This document shows, in pieces, positions 26,496 through 41,088 of a DNA stretch of 64,000 bases (position 1 is the stretch's first letter; each line of letters starts with the position of its first letter). Both the position numbers and the translations under genes were made by a program. Source of the stretch: Eledone cirrhosa (lineage: Eukaryota); the NCBI GenBank assembly GCA_964016885.1, contig OZ024762.1, positions 14,570,001 through 14,634,000 on the forward strand, read 5' to 3'. Below the pieces are notes generated by a model. The model saw only the letters and a list, made by a program, of their open reading frames with translations, made no database searches and was not told the origin of the DNA.

Positions 26496-26674
26496 TTTTA
26501 ATATAGAAGAGCTTCTACAGGACTAGAACTGTTTCATTCGTGTGAACCTGATGATTTCTCACGATTGAAACAGTTCTAGTCCTGTAGAAGCTCTTCTATA
26601 TTAAAACTTTTATACTCTGCAATGTATTGAGTACTTTACTTACTGTGGTTACCTCCGATTCAACCCGGAATAAC
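26494..26674 (+). mobile_element. Asymmetric fold-back with hammerhead core at the inversion junction; same family as 23380, 27227-27414 and 52349-52533
   Basis: ttttaatatagaagagcttctacaggactagaactgtttca ... CTGATGA tttctcacgatt GAAA cagttctagtcctgtagaagctcttctatattaaaa. Confidence 0.8.
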
Positions 26675-26844
26675 TTATAGGAAAATGTTCAAGACCCCGA
26701 CGGCAGAAATAGCTGTCGAACATTTTCCTATTAGCCACTCTACTACCCTAAGTATTGAGTACTCTGGTACGTTATGGGCCACCTGGTACCTTGCCACACT
26801 GCCTTCGTAATGTATATGTATATGTATGTATATATATATATATA

Positions 26845-27023
26845 TAGGAACGAGTAGGACCCCGACGGCTGAGCTCAAGACGTTTCGGCGGCGAATTAGC
26901 CGTCGAAACGGCTTGAGCTCAGCCGTCGGGGTCCTACTCGTTCCTATTACCCACTCTACTACCCTAAGTATTGAGTACTTTGGTGCGTTATGGTCCACCT
27001 GGTTCCTTACCACATTTCCTTCG

Positions 27024-27026
<3 letters not shown>
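26845..27026 (+). mobile_element. Asymmetric fold-back, family 'ggaacgagtaggaccccgacgg'; copies or fragments at 316, 10154, 24460, 26676, 31839, 40330, 49255, 57400, 57899 and 58115
   Basis: ~45-bp inverted arms plus a ~80-bp one-sided extension, nearly always next to (TA)n. Confidence 0.8.
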
Positions 27027-27075
<49 letters not shown>

Positions 27076-27415
27076 TATACTTATATATATAAACTATATA
27101 CGATTTTAAATACGAAAGGGTATGTTGTATTACCCAATTACCAGTAAGAAAAATAGCTCAATGTAAATTATCAGATGCAGAGCAGAAATAGAAAATATAA
27201 AACAATCAAATTTTTGTTTAATATGTATTTAATATAGAAATGGCTTGTACAGAACTAGAACTGTTTCATTCGGGAGAAATCAGGCTTCCTGATGATTTCT
27301 CCCGAATAAAACAGTTCTATTCCTGTAGAAGCCATCTCTATATTAATATTTATACTCTGCTATGTATTGAGTACCTTACTTACTGTGGTTACCCCCGATT
27401 GAACCCGGGATAAAC

Positions 27416-27447
<32 letters not shown>

Positions 27448-27539
27448 AGTATGTACAGTATTCGAGTTGCAACAAGGATTTGTATGTGTATAATTGTATT
27501 TTGAGGTATATAAAGGTGGACTGGTATATAATCCAAATG

Positions 27540-28320
27540 CTTATTATAGTATTTATCAGAAAATATCTTTTTAAAAAATTAAATCTCATTTATCAATTAG
27601 TATTTAATTTGTTTTAGAATTTAACAAAAAATATCTTCTAAAAAAAACCTGGTTTGTTAATTCAACGGTTTGTAGTACTTAGCAAAAAATATGTTTTAAA
27701 AAATAAATCTCGTTTATTAATTAGTATTTAGTTTGTTTTAGAATTTAGAAGAAAATATCTTCTTAAAAAACCTGGTTCCTTAATTCAAATGCTTATTATA
27801 GTATTTAACAGAAAATAACTTTTAAAAAATTAAATTTCATTATTAATCTATTTTAGAATTTAGCAGAAAATATCTTCTAAAAAACCTGGTTTCTTAATTC
27901 AAATGCTTATAGTATATTTAAGAGAAAATATCTTTAAAAAAATTAAATCTCATTATTAATTAAGCATTTCATTTGTTATAGGAATTTAGTAGAAAATACC
28001 TTCTTTTTTTAAAATCCGGTTTGTTAATTCAAATGTTTATAGTATCTACTACTCAACAGATCGTCATGGCATTCTATATTAATTCTTAAAGTAGCACAGT
28101 CATTGTGTCGTTTTAAACTTGTCACAAATGCCTTACTAATGTGGTTTGTTAATTCAAATGTTTATAGTGTCTTTACTAGTGGAGATGTGAAAATTTGCAG
28201 TAAACTAAAGTAAAAACTTTGATATTTAAAGTGACAGTCATAATGTCGTTTTAAACTTCACACAAATGCCTTGCTAATGTGGTTTGTTAATTCAAATGTT
28301 TATAATATCATTCTTTACTG
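27540..28320. repeat. Degenerate ~120-bp AT-rich tandem repeat
   Basis: Recurrent cctggttt(g/c)ttaattcaaatg and agaaaatatctt blocks. Confidence 0.7.
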
Positions 28321-30928
28321 GTGACAGATTATTATTATTTTTTAAATACAGTATTAGAGTAAAGAGCTTAATTTTGAATGTGATGCAGCCATAGTATTGT
28401 TTTGTGTGTTGCGATTGCTACTAACCCTAACAGGTGGTGGTTAATAAATTAAAAAAAATGTTATAATAATGGTTAACTACTTGTTTAAAAGGTCCCGGGT
28501 GCGGTGTGTAGGTGAGAAGTGGGGTGAAGACACAAAGTGGTACTACCCCCCCCCCCCCACACACACACACAACATTTGTACTCAGAAATATCCCAGGGGG
28601 GAAAAAGATTTAACAAAAAAAAAAAAAAAAAACATTGGCCACAAATTTGTAACAAAAAAATGAATGAAAATTAGAAGAAATTAAAACAAAATAATAAAAA
28701 AAACAAAATAGAAATTTTAAAAAGAAAAATCAAATAATGTTGGGTTTGAACTAAAAAAATTAAATAGAGAAATTCTATTATTTAAAAAAAAATCGAATAT
28801 CGTTGGGGTTTGAATTCAGAATGTAAGATAAAACTTTGCAATGCCAGCAAATTTGGGCGAAAGAGCAAGGAAAGTCGATTATATCGACCCGAGTAGCATA
28901 ACTGGTATTACTATATTTAATTGAGGGCGGCGGAGTGGCAGAGGGTCGGACAACACGCTTTGCAGCATAGAGTTACGGACCTTTACGGTCTGAGTTCAAA
29001 ATCCCGTCGAATTTAATCTTTCATCCTTACAAGGTCGATAAAATAAAGTACCAGTAATGTACTGGGATAATTGCTGGTATTGTGCCTAAAGTAGAAACAA
29101 GAGGAAAAAAGACCGATTTGACCCCGGCAGAATTTGAACACATTGGCACTTTGTATTTAGTTCGACGCTCTATCAATTCAGCCACCACCAAATCAATAAT
29201 TCGTAATAACATAAGAACACCGCTAGAAATTTGCAAGAGATAAAATCAGTTAAATCCCTCCACCCCAGTATATCGTTGGTACTTTGTTTTATCGACCTTC
29301 TCCCCTCCGGTTTGATTTGAACTCTGGACTTAGAATATAAGGAGGTCCCGTCCTAGACGTCTCTAACCCAGCAGTTGCTAGTCCGAAGCCCACAAAAGTA
29401 TGTGTGGGCGAGGTGGATGTATGTAGCGAGTTTGTTAAGTAGACACAGATTTCAAAAGCCAAAGGAATTTTGAGAAATTCATTTAAATAATAAAGGTCCT
29501 TGGTAGGTGTGCCGAATTTACCATTGTGCTTAAGTGTACTTATACACAGGGTCCCGTTAGCCAGGGGAAAGCGGTCCATCTGCTAAAAAGATTTCTACGA
29601 TGTATTTTCCAAATAAGGGGCATCATAACTTAACTAGAAAAGGGCCTCATTTGTCCTAAATCCGGCACAGGAAACTACAAGCTATAACCTAACAATTCTG
29701 CTCAACGACAGAGGGAGAAGTTCTTACAGGTGTTAAAAGGTAACAGTGGGGTTATTGCTACATTTTAATTAACCCCTTTCAAACCCTAACCCGTCTGAAA
29801 CCGCCTCTAATTTTAAAGTATTCATTAATATTTAAATTTAAATGGTCAACTGAAATGCCATTATTACATGACAGAAGGGTGGTGCTGTGGTGTGGTGGAG
29901 GACTGGTAGAATTTTCCGGCTTTTAATATTTTGTGTTCAAACCCGGCCCGAGATCAACTTTGCCTTTTATTTTTCAAGGTGGTCGATAAAATAAAGTACC
30001 AGTTACGTACTGCGGTCGATTTAATCGACTTTCCCCTCCTCAAAAGTTGCTGGGCCTATGCCTACGGCGGACATCAACTTTGCCTTACATTTTTCCTAGG
30101 TGGTCGATAAAATAAAGTACCAGTAATGCACTGGGGTCGATTTAATCGACTTTCACCTCTCCCCCAAAATTGCTGGCCTTGTGCCTATAGTAGAAATCAT
30201 TATTATAATTATTATTATAATTATTACATTATTATAATTATTACATTATTATAATTATTATTAGGGCGGGAGATTGGCAGTATCGGTAGAGGGTCGGACG
30301 CCATGCTTTGACGCATAGAGTTACGGCCCTTGCCATTCTGAGTTCAAATCCTGCCGAGGTTAACTTTGCCTTTCATCCTTACGTGGTCGATAAAATAAAG
30401 TACCAGTAATGAACTGGGTAATTGCTGGCCTTGTGACAATAGTAGAAACAATTATTATAATTATTACTGATGTCAAATTTCGCCGAGAATATCTGACTTT
30501 CATCCTTAACGCATTGGAACCGATATAATAAGCTTTCCTCTCCCTTAAAATTGTTCGATAAATAAAGTACCAGTTACATACGTATGGGACAATGTAACAG
30601 GCTTCCTATCCCCCCACAAAATAGAATTACTGACCTTGTGCCTAAATTAGAAACTATTATTACATGATATGTATGATATTAAATGCCAGTAGATAAATAT
30701 TGGGACACACACAAGTCCAGTAAATTTTGGGGGAAGTCGACCCCATTATAAAATAAAGTTATAAAATAAAGTACCAGTAATACACTGGATATTTGCTGGC
30801 CTTGTGCCAAAAATAGAACCAATTATATATGTATAGTAATAATAGATACGAAGACCAAAACTGAGGGGTCTCGATAAAGGTTGTATGCATACATACACCC
30901 ATATATATATATATATATATATATATAA

Positions 30929-31203
30929 CATATTAATAAATGGAAACTATATTTATAAAACCATATTTATTTTATTATACATATTTCAAGGGCAAAAGGC
31001 AAATTATGGTGCGCTTTCATCAGATAAAATACAGATTTGTTTTATAAATAAATATTGACATACCCAGAAAAAACAAATAAATCTATAAAACAAATCTGTA
31101 TTTTATCTGATGAAAGCGCACCATAATTTGCATTGGTTGCCCTTGAAATATGAATAATAAAATAAATATGGTTTTATAAATATACTTTCCATTTATTAAT
31201 ATA
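30929..31203. mobile_element. Fold-back element with hammerheads in both arms (same family as 24063 and 59395)
   Basis: Plus copy 31099-31164: TATTTTAT-CTGATGA-AAGcGCA..TGCcCTT-GAAA-TATGAA-TA-ATAAAATA. Minus copy ~30968-31031 has loop TATGTA. Confidence 0.8.
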
Positions 31204-31796
31204 TTGTGTATTTATTCCACTAACTGTTGAGTGCTTTATAATAGTTATAAAAATGTTTAAGCTTGTTGATTCCCAACAAATTAAATATAACCTCTATACA
31301 CACACACACACACAGGGTGTCCTAAATTGTATACGTACTTAAACAGCATTCTAATAAATATTGCCTGTACAGGTAACCAAAGAATGGAAACCTGTATTTT
31401 ATGTATACCTGTATTTTAAGAAGATCCCTCTAAGGGTCAGAGCAGAATTCTTTGATTAAACTTTTAATCTATACTAACATATAATATATATACAGACACA
31501 TACACAGGGTGTCCCAAAAAATTTACAAACTTTAACACCATTCCAAGAAATATTATCTGTACAGGGCGGGGCATTTGGCAGTATCGGCAGAGGGCCGGAC
31601 GCCATGCTATGCAGCACAGTTACGTCCCTTTACGGACTGAGTTCAAATCCCGCCGGCGTTAACTTTGCCTTTCATCCGAACGGGGTCGATAAAATAAAGT
31701 ACCAGTAATACACTAGGATAATTGCTGGCCTCGTGCCAAAAGTATAAACAATTATCTGTACAGGTAATAGAAGTGTGTATGCATTTTTAAGACACC

Positions 31797-31840
<44 letters not shown>

Positions 31841-32159
31841 CGAAGGAAATGTGGTAAGGAACCAGGTGGACCATATATATAGGAAACACTAACCCAGTTT
31901 AAAATATCCAAAACTAAAAATTAAAAAAATACCTAAATCGCTCAGAAGGTGAAAAGGTGTAAAACATTTCAAAATAACAAAACAAAATCTTCAAAAATTC
32001 TAAAAATTACTAAAGAAAAAAAAAAAGAGAAATTTTTAGGGGAAAAAAATTAAAAATTAAATTAAAATTAACCAAAACATACATAAATAAAATAAAAAAT
32101 ATAAAAAAAAAAAAACGGAAAATAATTTCAAAAACTTTTGCTACCTCTACCAAAAGTTG

Positions 32160-32213
<54 letters not shown>

Positions 32214-32314
32214 ATATATATATATATAATCTTTTTTCCTCCTCTAATTTCATTCGCTTTCGTTTTTCCACTTCTTTCTCACTTTCTTGTTTCTTCATAT
32301 TTTTCTCACATGTA

Positions 32315-32358
<44 letters not shown>

Positions 32359-32501
32359 CTAATATAAATTTCCTCAACAAAGTTGTTGCTTTTTTTTTCT
32401 TTTCCTTTTCGTTCTTTTCTTTTCTCTTCTCCTTATTTTTTCTTTCTTTCTTTCTCCTCTTCGTTGGAGGTTGAAAAACGCAACGAAGACAGAGGACAAA
32501 C

Positions 32502-32538
<37 letters not shown>

Positions 32539-32552
32539 CATACATACATACA

Positions 32553-32762
32553 TAGGGTGTCACAAAAAAATGTATAGACACTTCAAAAGCATTCTAATAT
32601 CGCCTCTACAGGCAATCAAAGTGTGTAAACATTTTTTGGGACAACCTGTATATATATGTATATAGGGTGTCCCCAAAAAATGTATACACACTTCAACAGT
32701 ATTCCAATAAATATCGCCTATACAGGTAATCAAAGTGTGTATACATTTTTGGGGCACCCAGC
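32553..32762. mobile_element. Two tandem ~97-bp Tc1/mariner-type MITEs
   Basis: agggtgtc(a/c)caaaaaatgtata ... acattttttggg(a/g)ca(a/c)c, in TA context. Confidence 0.75.
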
Positions 32763-32838
32763 ATATATATATATATATATATATACATACATATATATAT
32801 ATATAAGTATATATATATAAGTATATATACATACATAA

Positions 32839-32885
<47 letters not shown>

Positions 32886-32890
32886 CATAA

Positions 32891-32941
<51 letters not shown>

Positions 32942-32950
32942 CATAAGTAC

Positions 32951-32981
<31 letters not shown>

Positions 32982-33434
32982 GGTGTGTACATTCAGCTCC
33001 AACGCAGGGAAAATCTATTCATGAGGTGAGCAGATTCGCTACCTGAGATTTAATGAAACTCAACCTGGACGAGGTGACTGACTAGAGAGCGCGCATGCGT
33101 ACCTGCACACACGTACCTTTTTTTTGTTTTTGTTTTTGTTTCAAAGTTGTTCTGTGTGTGTGTGTGTGAGAGTATGCCTGTGTGTATGTGTGTATGTGTA
33201 TATGTATTTCTATGTGGGTGTGAATGAATATAGAAAGGTTCATGTGAGTATATCTGTGTGTGTATATATATATGTATATGTGTGTGTGTGTGTGTGTATA
33301 TGAATATAGAAAGATTGATGTGAGTGTGTATATATATATATATATATATGTATGTGTATGTGTGTGTTTATGAATATAGAAAGATACATATGAGTGTATC
33401 TGTGTCTGTGTGTGTGTATAAGTACAATTGTGTG

Positions 33435-33507
<73 letters not shown>

Positions 33508-33561
33508 GGGTTCATACATATATACCTATATGTATATATATATATATATATACACATATAT

Positions 33562-33618
<57 letters not shown>

Positions 33619-33630
33619 GCTATGTATGAG

Positions 33631-33674
<44 letters not shown>

Positions 33675-33844
33675 TATGTATATGTGTGTGTTATGCTTTT
33701 TTCTTCTCTATTTTTATTTATTTATTCTCTTTCTTATATTTATTTCTTTATATTTTATCTTTCCTTCTTTCTTTCCTTTACTTCTGTCTTTTCAGTTTCT
33801 ACAACTGACCTGTTTCTACCTTCTTTTCTAGATGTTTATTGCCT

Positions 33845-33897
<53 letters not shown>

Positions 33898-34029
33898 TAC
33901 CTGTGTGTATCTGTGTGGTTTGATATTCATGTGTGTGTGTGAATGTCTGCTTTCATTGTCTTGATGTATGTATGTGTGTGAGTGAGTGTATATATATACA
34001 TAAGTGTGTGTCTATGTCAATATGTGTGT

Positions 34030-34061
<32 letters not shown>

Positions 34062-34106
34062 CTGTGGTGTCATTGTCTTGATGTATATATGTGTTTATTG
34101 TCACGT

Positions 34107-34142
<36 letters not shown>

Positions 34143-34709
34143 AGTGTGTCTTGATATTCATGTTCTTGTGTTGTGTATGTGCTTTCATTGTCTTCATATA
34201 TGTGTGTGTGTTGTCATTATTTATATGTATGTGTGTGTGAATGTGTGTGTGTACATATGCACACACGTGTGTGTGTGTGTCCTGATTTGCAATAAGAGAT
34301 ACATGTGTGGGCACACACAAATGCTAGGGGAATCATACCTGTGTAATATGAATACAGGTGTGTATGTATGTATGTATGTATGTATGTATGTATGTATGTA
34401 TGTGTGTGTGTGTGTATGTGTGTACGTATGTGTGTATGTATGTATGTATGTGTGTGTATGTATGTGTGTGTGTATGTATGTATGTATGTATGTATGTGTG
34501 TGTGCGTGTGTATGTGTGTACGTATGTATGTGTGTGTGTGTCTATGTATGTATGTATGTATGTATGTATGTATGTATATATGTATGTATGTGCTTCTAAT
34601 TTGAAGTATATAAATTTATCCATGTAAATATGTATGAACATATGAATACATGAAGATACATATATAGTATATATAGTATATATATATATACATATCTATA
34701 TACACCCAC

Positions 34710-34740
<31 letters not shown>

Positions 34741-34800
34741 TTATGTATATATATATAATATTTATATATATCTATATATTATATTTATGTATATATATAA

Positions 34801-34892
<92 letters not shown>

Positions 34893-34899
34893 TAATATA

Positions 34900-34932
<33 letters not shown>

Positions 34933-34978
34933 TATAATATATAATATATATATATATTATATTTATGTATATATATAA

Positions 34979-35020
<42 letters not shown>

Positions 35021-35087
35021 TTATGTATATATATATATATATATAATATATAATATATATATATATTATATTTATGTATATATATAA

Positions 35088-35165
<78 letters not shown>

Positions 35166-35181
35166 TTATGTATATATATAA

Positions 35182-35216
<35 letters not shown>

Positions 35217-35217
35217 A

Positions 35218-35273
<56 letters not shown>

Positions 35274-35430
35274 TATGTATATATTATTTAGCTCTGGTTT
35301 AACTATTGACCAGTTAGCCAGTATCATTTCTGATTTTTGCGTTTCGCTTCGCTTTTCCTGCCCGCCGAAAATGCGATTCTCGCTAAATCTTTATTTGTAT
35401 GTATATACATATACATACATATATATATAT

Positions 35431-35471
<41 letters not shown>

Positions 35472-35477
35472 TATATA

Positions 35478-35511
<34 letters not shown>

Positions 35512-35648
35512 TACGCGTGTGTATGAAGCAGGATGTAGCTGGAACTGTGTGTGTATGTGAGTATGTGTGAGTATGTGTATGTGTGTGTGTGTCTGTGAGT
35601 ATGTGTGAGTATGTGTATGTGTGTGTGTGTCTGTGTGAGTATGTGTGT

Positions 35649-35715
<67 letters not shown>

Positions 35716-35779
35716 TGTGTGTAATGGTTGTGATGTTCACTGAGTGCTTGTGACACGGCATTTCCTAAGTAATCCCTAT

Positions 35780-36380
35780 TCCATCCGATCCCTCAACGGA
35801 AAGGGGACAGTGTTTGTAACTAAGTGCGAGTTGAGTGTAACTAAGTGTGACTGAGTGCGATTTGGTGAGAGTGCGGGTATACTTGAGTGAGAGTGCGGGT
35901 ATACTTGTGACTGAGTGTGAGTGACTATTCCTTTCCTAACAAAATGTATATGATCCATCAACGACAGAGAGGGGGGAGGGGGACACTCCTAGTAATGCGA
36001 GTGTGGCCGAGTGCGACTAAGTGAGAGTGAGGGTATACTTGAGTGAGGGTGTGGATGTGAATATTTAATTCCCTAACAAAATCCATACGATCCATCAACA
36101 GAGAATGGGGGGGTGACCAGGTGTGACCGAGTGCGAGTAGGGGTATGACTGAGTATGACTGAGTGCGAGTGGGGTGTGACTGAGTGCGAGTGGGGTGTGG
36201 CTGAGTGCGAGTGGCGGTTAATTTCCTTAACAAAATTCATACAATCCATCAACAGAGAAAAGGAGGGGTGAGTCCTAGTAATACGAGTGTGACTGGGAGT
36301 ACCTGAGTGTGAGTGGGGTGTGAGGGAGTGCGAGTAGGGGTCCATTTCCCTAACAAAATCCATACGATCCATCAACAAGA
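35780..36380. repeat. Degenerate ~140-160-bp tandem repeat
   Basis: Recurrent ttcc(c/t)taacaaaatccatacgatccatcaac blocks separated by gagtg(c/t)gagt runs. Confidence 0.75.
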
Positions 36381-36553
36381 GAGAGAAAGGGGAGGCGGAG
36401 GGGCTAGCCCTATTTAAAACCAGTAGGAAACTGTGATGTGGTGATGTTCATGCCTTCATTGAAAGAATTAGTAACACGGGTTCGAATCCTAGGGAAAACA
36501 CATACGAGACGCAAATAAGTTATGTATATAATGTGAATAATCATATATATATA

Positions 36554-36703
<150 letters not shown>

Positions 36704-36814
36704 GGTTTGTTGGTTCACCACTGGATAGAACTGGATAGCTTGTCGATCAGCCGTCCCTTCTGTCTCTGATTTTTCGGACCCATGGCTTTTTACATATTCC
36801 TTTGTTATATTCCA

Positions 36815-36872
36815 ATACCTGATGATATCACCGGATTCATATGGAACCCGGTCATTGAAATGATCATAGTAT
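36815..36872 (+). ncRNA. Minimal type I hammerhead ribozyme
   Basis: ATAC-CTGATGA-tatc ACCGG aTTC atatg GAAc CCGGT catt-GAAA-TGATCA-TA-GTAT. Confidence 0.75.
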
Positions 36873-37312
36873 ATTAAACCTTTCAAGGATTTACACCAGT
36901 CCAGCCTCCTGTTATTTCATATATATATATATATATAGTAATAATAATAAATTTGAAGACTAAAATCCAAAGAGGGCTCGATAAGGATAAATATATATCA
37001 AATATATAAGAACCGTAGAGCAAATATTTATTAAAATAACAGATTAAAGTTTAAGCAAAGAATCGCTACTTTCACCCTTAACGGGATCTTCTGAAACTAA
37101 AACAATCAATCTGTGAACGCAGAAGTAAATATTTCAAAAAACGTTGCAACCGAAGGAGAGCCATATTGTTATAAGATTGCCAGAAATATATAATAAAAGA
37201 CTCACTGTTTGGTTTTCGCTTCTGTATATTTTATATCCCCTTAGTTAATTTAGCTGGCAATCAATGTTTATTATTTGACCAACAGTTAAAAATACAGATA
37301 TAGCTATATATA

Positions 37313-37382
<70 letters not shown>

Positions 37383-37437
37383 ACAGGGAGAAAGAGACGA
37401 TTATAAGGAAGAAAAAAAATTTGTTTTCCCTTTTTTG

Positions 37438-38038
37438 TTTATATAAAACTGAGGATGTCTGCCTGTGTGTGTGTGAGTTTGAATCCTTAAAACTCGAGAA
37501 CCACGCAACCGACTGTTTTCAAACTTTACACATGTAATACTTATGTTTCAGGGAGTGTTCGGAGCAAAAAAAAAATTCAAAATTTCAATGCCCTAGGCAT
37601 TAGGCGATTTAGCGACCTCTCTCTATAATTCTTAGTCTTTCTCTTTTTAGATAGATACATACATATAACGTCGCGCCCTGTCTGTTTGTCTGCATTACGT
37701 CACTTCCCTGAGGATATCTGTGTGTGTGTGTGTGAGTTTGAATCCCTAAACTCGAGAAGTACCCAACCGACTTTTTTCAAACTTTACATGTGTATTACCT
37801 ATGTTTCAGGGAGTGTTATGCACATAAAAAATTCAACTTTTTCATCCCCTAGCATTAGGTGAAAACCTGTATTTTTCCTGCTTCATCGAGGAAAATCTTA
37901 AAGATTATCCAGCCATCAGAGAATTCGGTTTATTTTCTTTACATATTGTCCAGGCATGCAGTTTTTCCACGATTAGGTCTGTTGGCGGCCGGCGTTCCAA
38001 AATACTTTATCCCGTGCAACGCCGGATACCACTGCTAG
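37438..38038 (+). mobile_element. Non-autonomous Helitron
   Basis: 3' end is a GC-rich hairpin cccgtgcaacgccgg followed ~10 nt later by CTAG|T. 5' end tatataaaact. Internal ~140-bp duplication. Confidence 0.7.
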
Positions 38039-38631
38039 TATATAATAAAAAGGACGATTTTTTATGTCTTCATTACGTTTATCGATCAGCTCAAGGTTCG
38101 ATCTGTATATCGATCTAGCCCGACAAAAAGCACCCAGTACACACTGTAAGGTGGTAGTGTTGATGCCACGATAAAAAATACCCAGTCCACCCTGTGAAAG
38201 GTGGTAGTGTTAGTGTCATGATAAAAAGCACCCAGTCCACCTTGTGAGGTAGTAGTGCTTCTGCCTTTAAAATACACCCAGTCCACCCTGTAAGGTGGGA
38301 GTGCGGATGCCACGATAAAAAGAAAAAACACCCAGCCCATGTCTGGCAAAGCTGGAGTCATGATTAAAAGCTTCCAGTAACATGCAGTAAAATGGTTGGC
38401 GTTTGAAAGGGCACTTAGTTGTACAAAGTCTAATGTCGGTCTTAAGTCATTTAGGGCTCATTCGGCCAGTGCTTATCCCAGTTTCATGGCACGAAGCGAC
38501 TGAGAGTACAAGACTTCCCCCCTGGACAGGACGCTAGTCCATCACTGGCTTAACCCCCCCCCCCCGCTATTGCTGGTACCCATTTTCAGCTGAGTATACT
38601 GGAGAAATGTGAAATGAAGTGTTTTGCTCAA

Positions 38632-39720
38632 GAACACAACACACAACCCAGCCCAGGAATCAAACTCATGACATTATAATTGTAAGTCCAACACCCTTAC
38701 CACTAGGCCATACACCTCCACAGAACACAACACACAACCCAGCCCAGGAATCAAACTCATGACATTATAATTGTAAGTCCAACACCCTTACCACTAGGCC
38801 ATACACCTCCACAGAACACAACACACAACCCAGCCCAGGAATCAAACTCATGACATTATAATTGTAAGTCCAACACCCTTACCACTAGGCCATACACCTC
38901 CACAGAACACAACAGACAACCCAGCCCAGGAATCAAACTCATGACATTATAATTGTAAGTCCAACACCCTTACCACTAGGCCATACACCTCCACAGAACA
39001 CAACACACAACCCAGCCCAGGAATCAAACTCATGACATTATAATTGTAAGTCCAACACCCTTACCACTAGGCCATACACCTCCACAGAACACAACACACA
39101 ACCCAGCCCAGGAATCAAACTCATGACATTATAATTGTAAGTCCAACACCCTTACCACTAGGCCATACACCTCCACAGAACACAACAGACAACCCAGCCC
39201 AGGAATCAAACTCATGACATTATAATTGTAAGTCCAACACCCTTACCACTAGGCCATACACCTCCACAGAACACAACACACAACCCAGCCCAGGAATCAA
39301 ACTCATGACATTATAATTGTAAGTCCAACACCCTTACCACTAGGCCATACACCTCCACAGAACACAACAGACAACCCAGCCCAGGAATCAAACTCATGAC
39401 ATTTTAATTGTAAGTCCAACACCCTTACCACTAGGCCATACACCTCCACAGAACACAACACACAACCCAGCCCAGGAATCAAACTCATGACATTATAATT
39501 GTAAGTCCAACACCCTTACCACTAGGCCATACACCTCCACAGAACACAACAGACAACCCAGCCCAGGAATCAAACTCATGACATTATAATTGTAAGTCCA
39601 ACACCCTTACCACTAGGCCATACACCTCCACAGAACACAACACACAACCCAGCCCAGGAATCGAACCTACGACATTATGATCGTAAGTCTAACGCCCTTA
39701 CCACTAGACCACGGGCCTCC
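38632..39720 (-). repeat. 12 tandem copies of a 91-bp SINE tRNA head
   Basis: Period of 91 (aggaatc at 38655, 38746 ... 39656). Minus strand carries A box TGGCCTAGTGG and B box GTT(T/C)GATTCC. Contiguous with the SINE body at 38450-38632. Confidence 0.92.
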
Positions 39721-40160
39721 ATTAGTCGTAGAAAGCCATGGTCACCTGACCCCATCTAGCCACATAAATGTGACTACTCGTCAAACCCATGCAAACATGG
39801 AAAATAGACGTTGAATGGCGGTGGTGGTGATAATGAAAGGTCTAGTAGCAGGTACGTTGAGGGGAATTTAGCTGTTATTTCTAGAAAGCAGAGTAACCAA
39901 TTGGTAGCCCCAGCCCCTACCCCCATCGTGGTCACGTGATCGTTGTGTGTATTTCTGAGGAACAATAGAATACTCAGTACTCGTTTGTAAGATATATATT
40001 TTATAAGACATAAAATTCAAAATTCAAGGGGAGGTCACTCTAGCGACACTAACCTCTTCCTTTTCACATTAGCTAATATATGTTGCGCATGAAATGTGTT
40101 TGTATGTGCGAAGGATATCGATGTAAAAGGACATAGAAAAATCTGCTTCGTAGAATCAAG

Positions 40161-40254
40161 ACGTATCTGAAGACCTTGCGATTTTCAGAGTCAGGTTCGA
40201 TCATCACACCGATCGTACCTCGAGCTGGTTGCCTGAGAAACGATTGTAATATGT
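40161..40254 (+). ncRNA. Hammerhead-like motif with long branched helix II, partly decayed
   Basis: ACGTAT-CTGAAGA-[63 nt with internal hairpin]-GAAA-CGATTG-TA-ATATGT; the base of helix II pairs poorly. Confidence 0.5.
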
Positions 40255-40302
40255 CCAATAAATTCCATTCGTCGCAACACTGATTCTCTTTTTTTCTGTG
40301 AG

Positions 40303-40350
<48 letters not shown>

Positions 40351-40444
40351 TAGGGTGTGGTAAAAACCAGCTAGACCATAACCCACCAGAGTACTCGATA
40401 CTTGGGGCAGTAGAGTGGGTAATATGAAAAGATTCAGGACGAAT

Positions 40445-40534
40445 TTCATCTGAAGATACCGTTCTCATAACAACAACAATTGCATGAATTACATCTTGAT
40501 TGCATGGAAGAACCGTTGAAATGATTATAATGAA
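40445..40534 (+). ncRNA. Hammerhead ribozyme with extended helix II
   Basis: TTCAT-CTGAAGA-TACcGTTCT ... AGAACcGTT-GAAA-TGATTA-TA-ATGAA. Confidence 0.65.
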
Positions 40535-40702
40535 TAAACAATTTATGAAAACGTCACCATCTTTCTTAATGTTATTATTCTGAGTTCAAATCCCGCCGAG
40601 GTTAACTTTGTCTTTCATCCTTACGGGGTCGATAAAATAAAGTACAAGATGGCCTAGGACAGAACAAAGGAGAGGCACAAAAAACAAAGAAAAGAATCCC
40701 CA

Positions 40703-40743
40703 GTCACTGAAGGGGTCACAGATGTGTGACGAAAGAATTTGAC
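40703..40743 (+). ncRNA. Variant or decayed minimal hammerhead
   Basis: GTCA-CTGAAGG-g GTCACA gatg TGTGAC-GAAA-GAA-TT-TGAC; core position A9 is G. Confidence 0.45.
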
Positions 40744-40943
40744 AATATATAAACAACCATCTGGTTGTGGAACCAACCAACCAACCGGAAATTTATAAAT
40801 TCCTAAATTTATTATAATAAATTGAAGTGAAAGCAACTGGTGCGTGTGTTTCTTATTGGCAACATGACCGTCCCAAAGTATAACAATATCGGTTTCAACA
40901 CACGTTTTCAGATAAAGAATCTTGCTAAACAAATTCAGAAACG

Positions 40944-40988
<45 letters not shown>

Positions 40989-41088
40989 TTTTGAGTTTAT
41001 ATTGGTTGTATACCAACACCTCAGTATGCAGGCTGGAGCACTCGACGAAGGGCGCAGGTTGGTTTGGTTACTCCGGAGTAGTGTAAAA

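Noticed and set aside
33005-33075. Possible hairpin or micro-exon in unique sequence
   Set aside because: The stem has a large bulge, I recognise no seed, and the splice signals are ambiguous.
38632-39720. tRNA gene array
   Set aside because: The units have A/B boxes but no complete cloverleaf and run directly into a SINE body.
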